DNA of 61,091 bases, counting the filler, from Sphacelaria rigidula (Eukaryota), in assembly GCA_964200075.2 (NCBI GenBank). It is 7 parts of 7 records of this genome, joined end to end, with 100 filler letters (N's around TTAATTAATTAA, not from the genome) between each part and the next. Parts side by side here need not be neighbours in the genome. Positions count along the whole stretch, not along the records: positions 52,452 to 61,091 come from CAXNAA020010510.1; 6 more parts are not named here. The stretch is one strand, 5' to 3'. Below the pieces are notes generated by a model. The model searched no databases, was not told the DNA's origin, and saw only the letters and a list, made by a program, of their open reading frames with translations. Positions 60,711 through 61,091 of the stretch are shown here, piece by piece. The position numbers and the translations under genes are program-made. Every line of letters starts with the position of its first letter. Position 1 is the stretch's first letter.

Positions 60711-61091
60711 TTTCCCCTTTGACGAGGTCTGTCCCGTCTTTCCGAGGTTGGGGATGGGGAGGGCCGAACTGAGCGTCTCAGCGAAACTGGTACTTCTAAG
60801 TGGACACGTGTCTGTTGGCTTAGTTCAAGCCAAGAGCTTGAATCGAAACGTACTCACCGCGAGCGGCATGCAGTCGTTGTGGGCCATCGAAAGGGCATAC
60901 TTTCATCTCCTTGGGCCGGGCGGGGGGGAGGGGGGGCGAACTCATTTTTTGCTTGCTTTAGTCATTTGACCATTGACCACGTATTCCTTTCGGGAACGTG
61001 CAGGGGAGAAGGGGGGGGGGGGGGGCGTTCTCATTTGTTTCTTCCTGTAGTCGTGGGACCATTCGCCCCGCCTCCCTTTGTGGTCGGGGAG

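Overview
Repeat-rich, intron-rich eukaryotic DNA that is almost certainly from a brown alga (Phaeophyceae), judged from the EsV-1-7 repeat gene, the small exons in long introns and the RTE-type LINE remnant. The window is not one locus. It is seven unrelated contigs of 8643, 8643, 8642, 8642, 8641, 8640 and 8640 bp, sorted by length and joined by identical 100-nt N/TTAATTAATTAA spacers, so adjacency across gaps means nothing. Genes reconstructed by hand from splice sites and reading-frame phase: (contig 1) four 5' exons of a divergent myosin motor domain; (contig 2) four exons of a SERHL-like alpha/beta hydrolase that seems to need a GC-AG intron; (contig 3) an EsV-1-7 cysteine-repeat pseudogene next to a decayed RTE LINE; (contig 5) exons of a Gly/Pro-rich protein missed by the ORF track; (contig 7) nine phase-consistent exons of a Vps62-like protein. 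The rest is mostly mobile DNA: a tRNA-headed SINE, non-autonomous DNA transposons with shared CACACCCTGGACAA-type TIRs and 8-bp TSDs (one filled with 42-bp hairpin repeats), chains of ~100-bp piggyBac-like MITEs sharing TTAA sites, and nested MITEs. The most unusual signal is a family of variably 5'-truncated retroposon-like copies that carry a codon-conserved ORF end and terminate in ...ATGAGTAC followed by poly(C) rather than poly(A).
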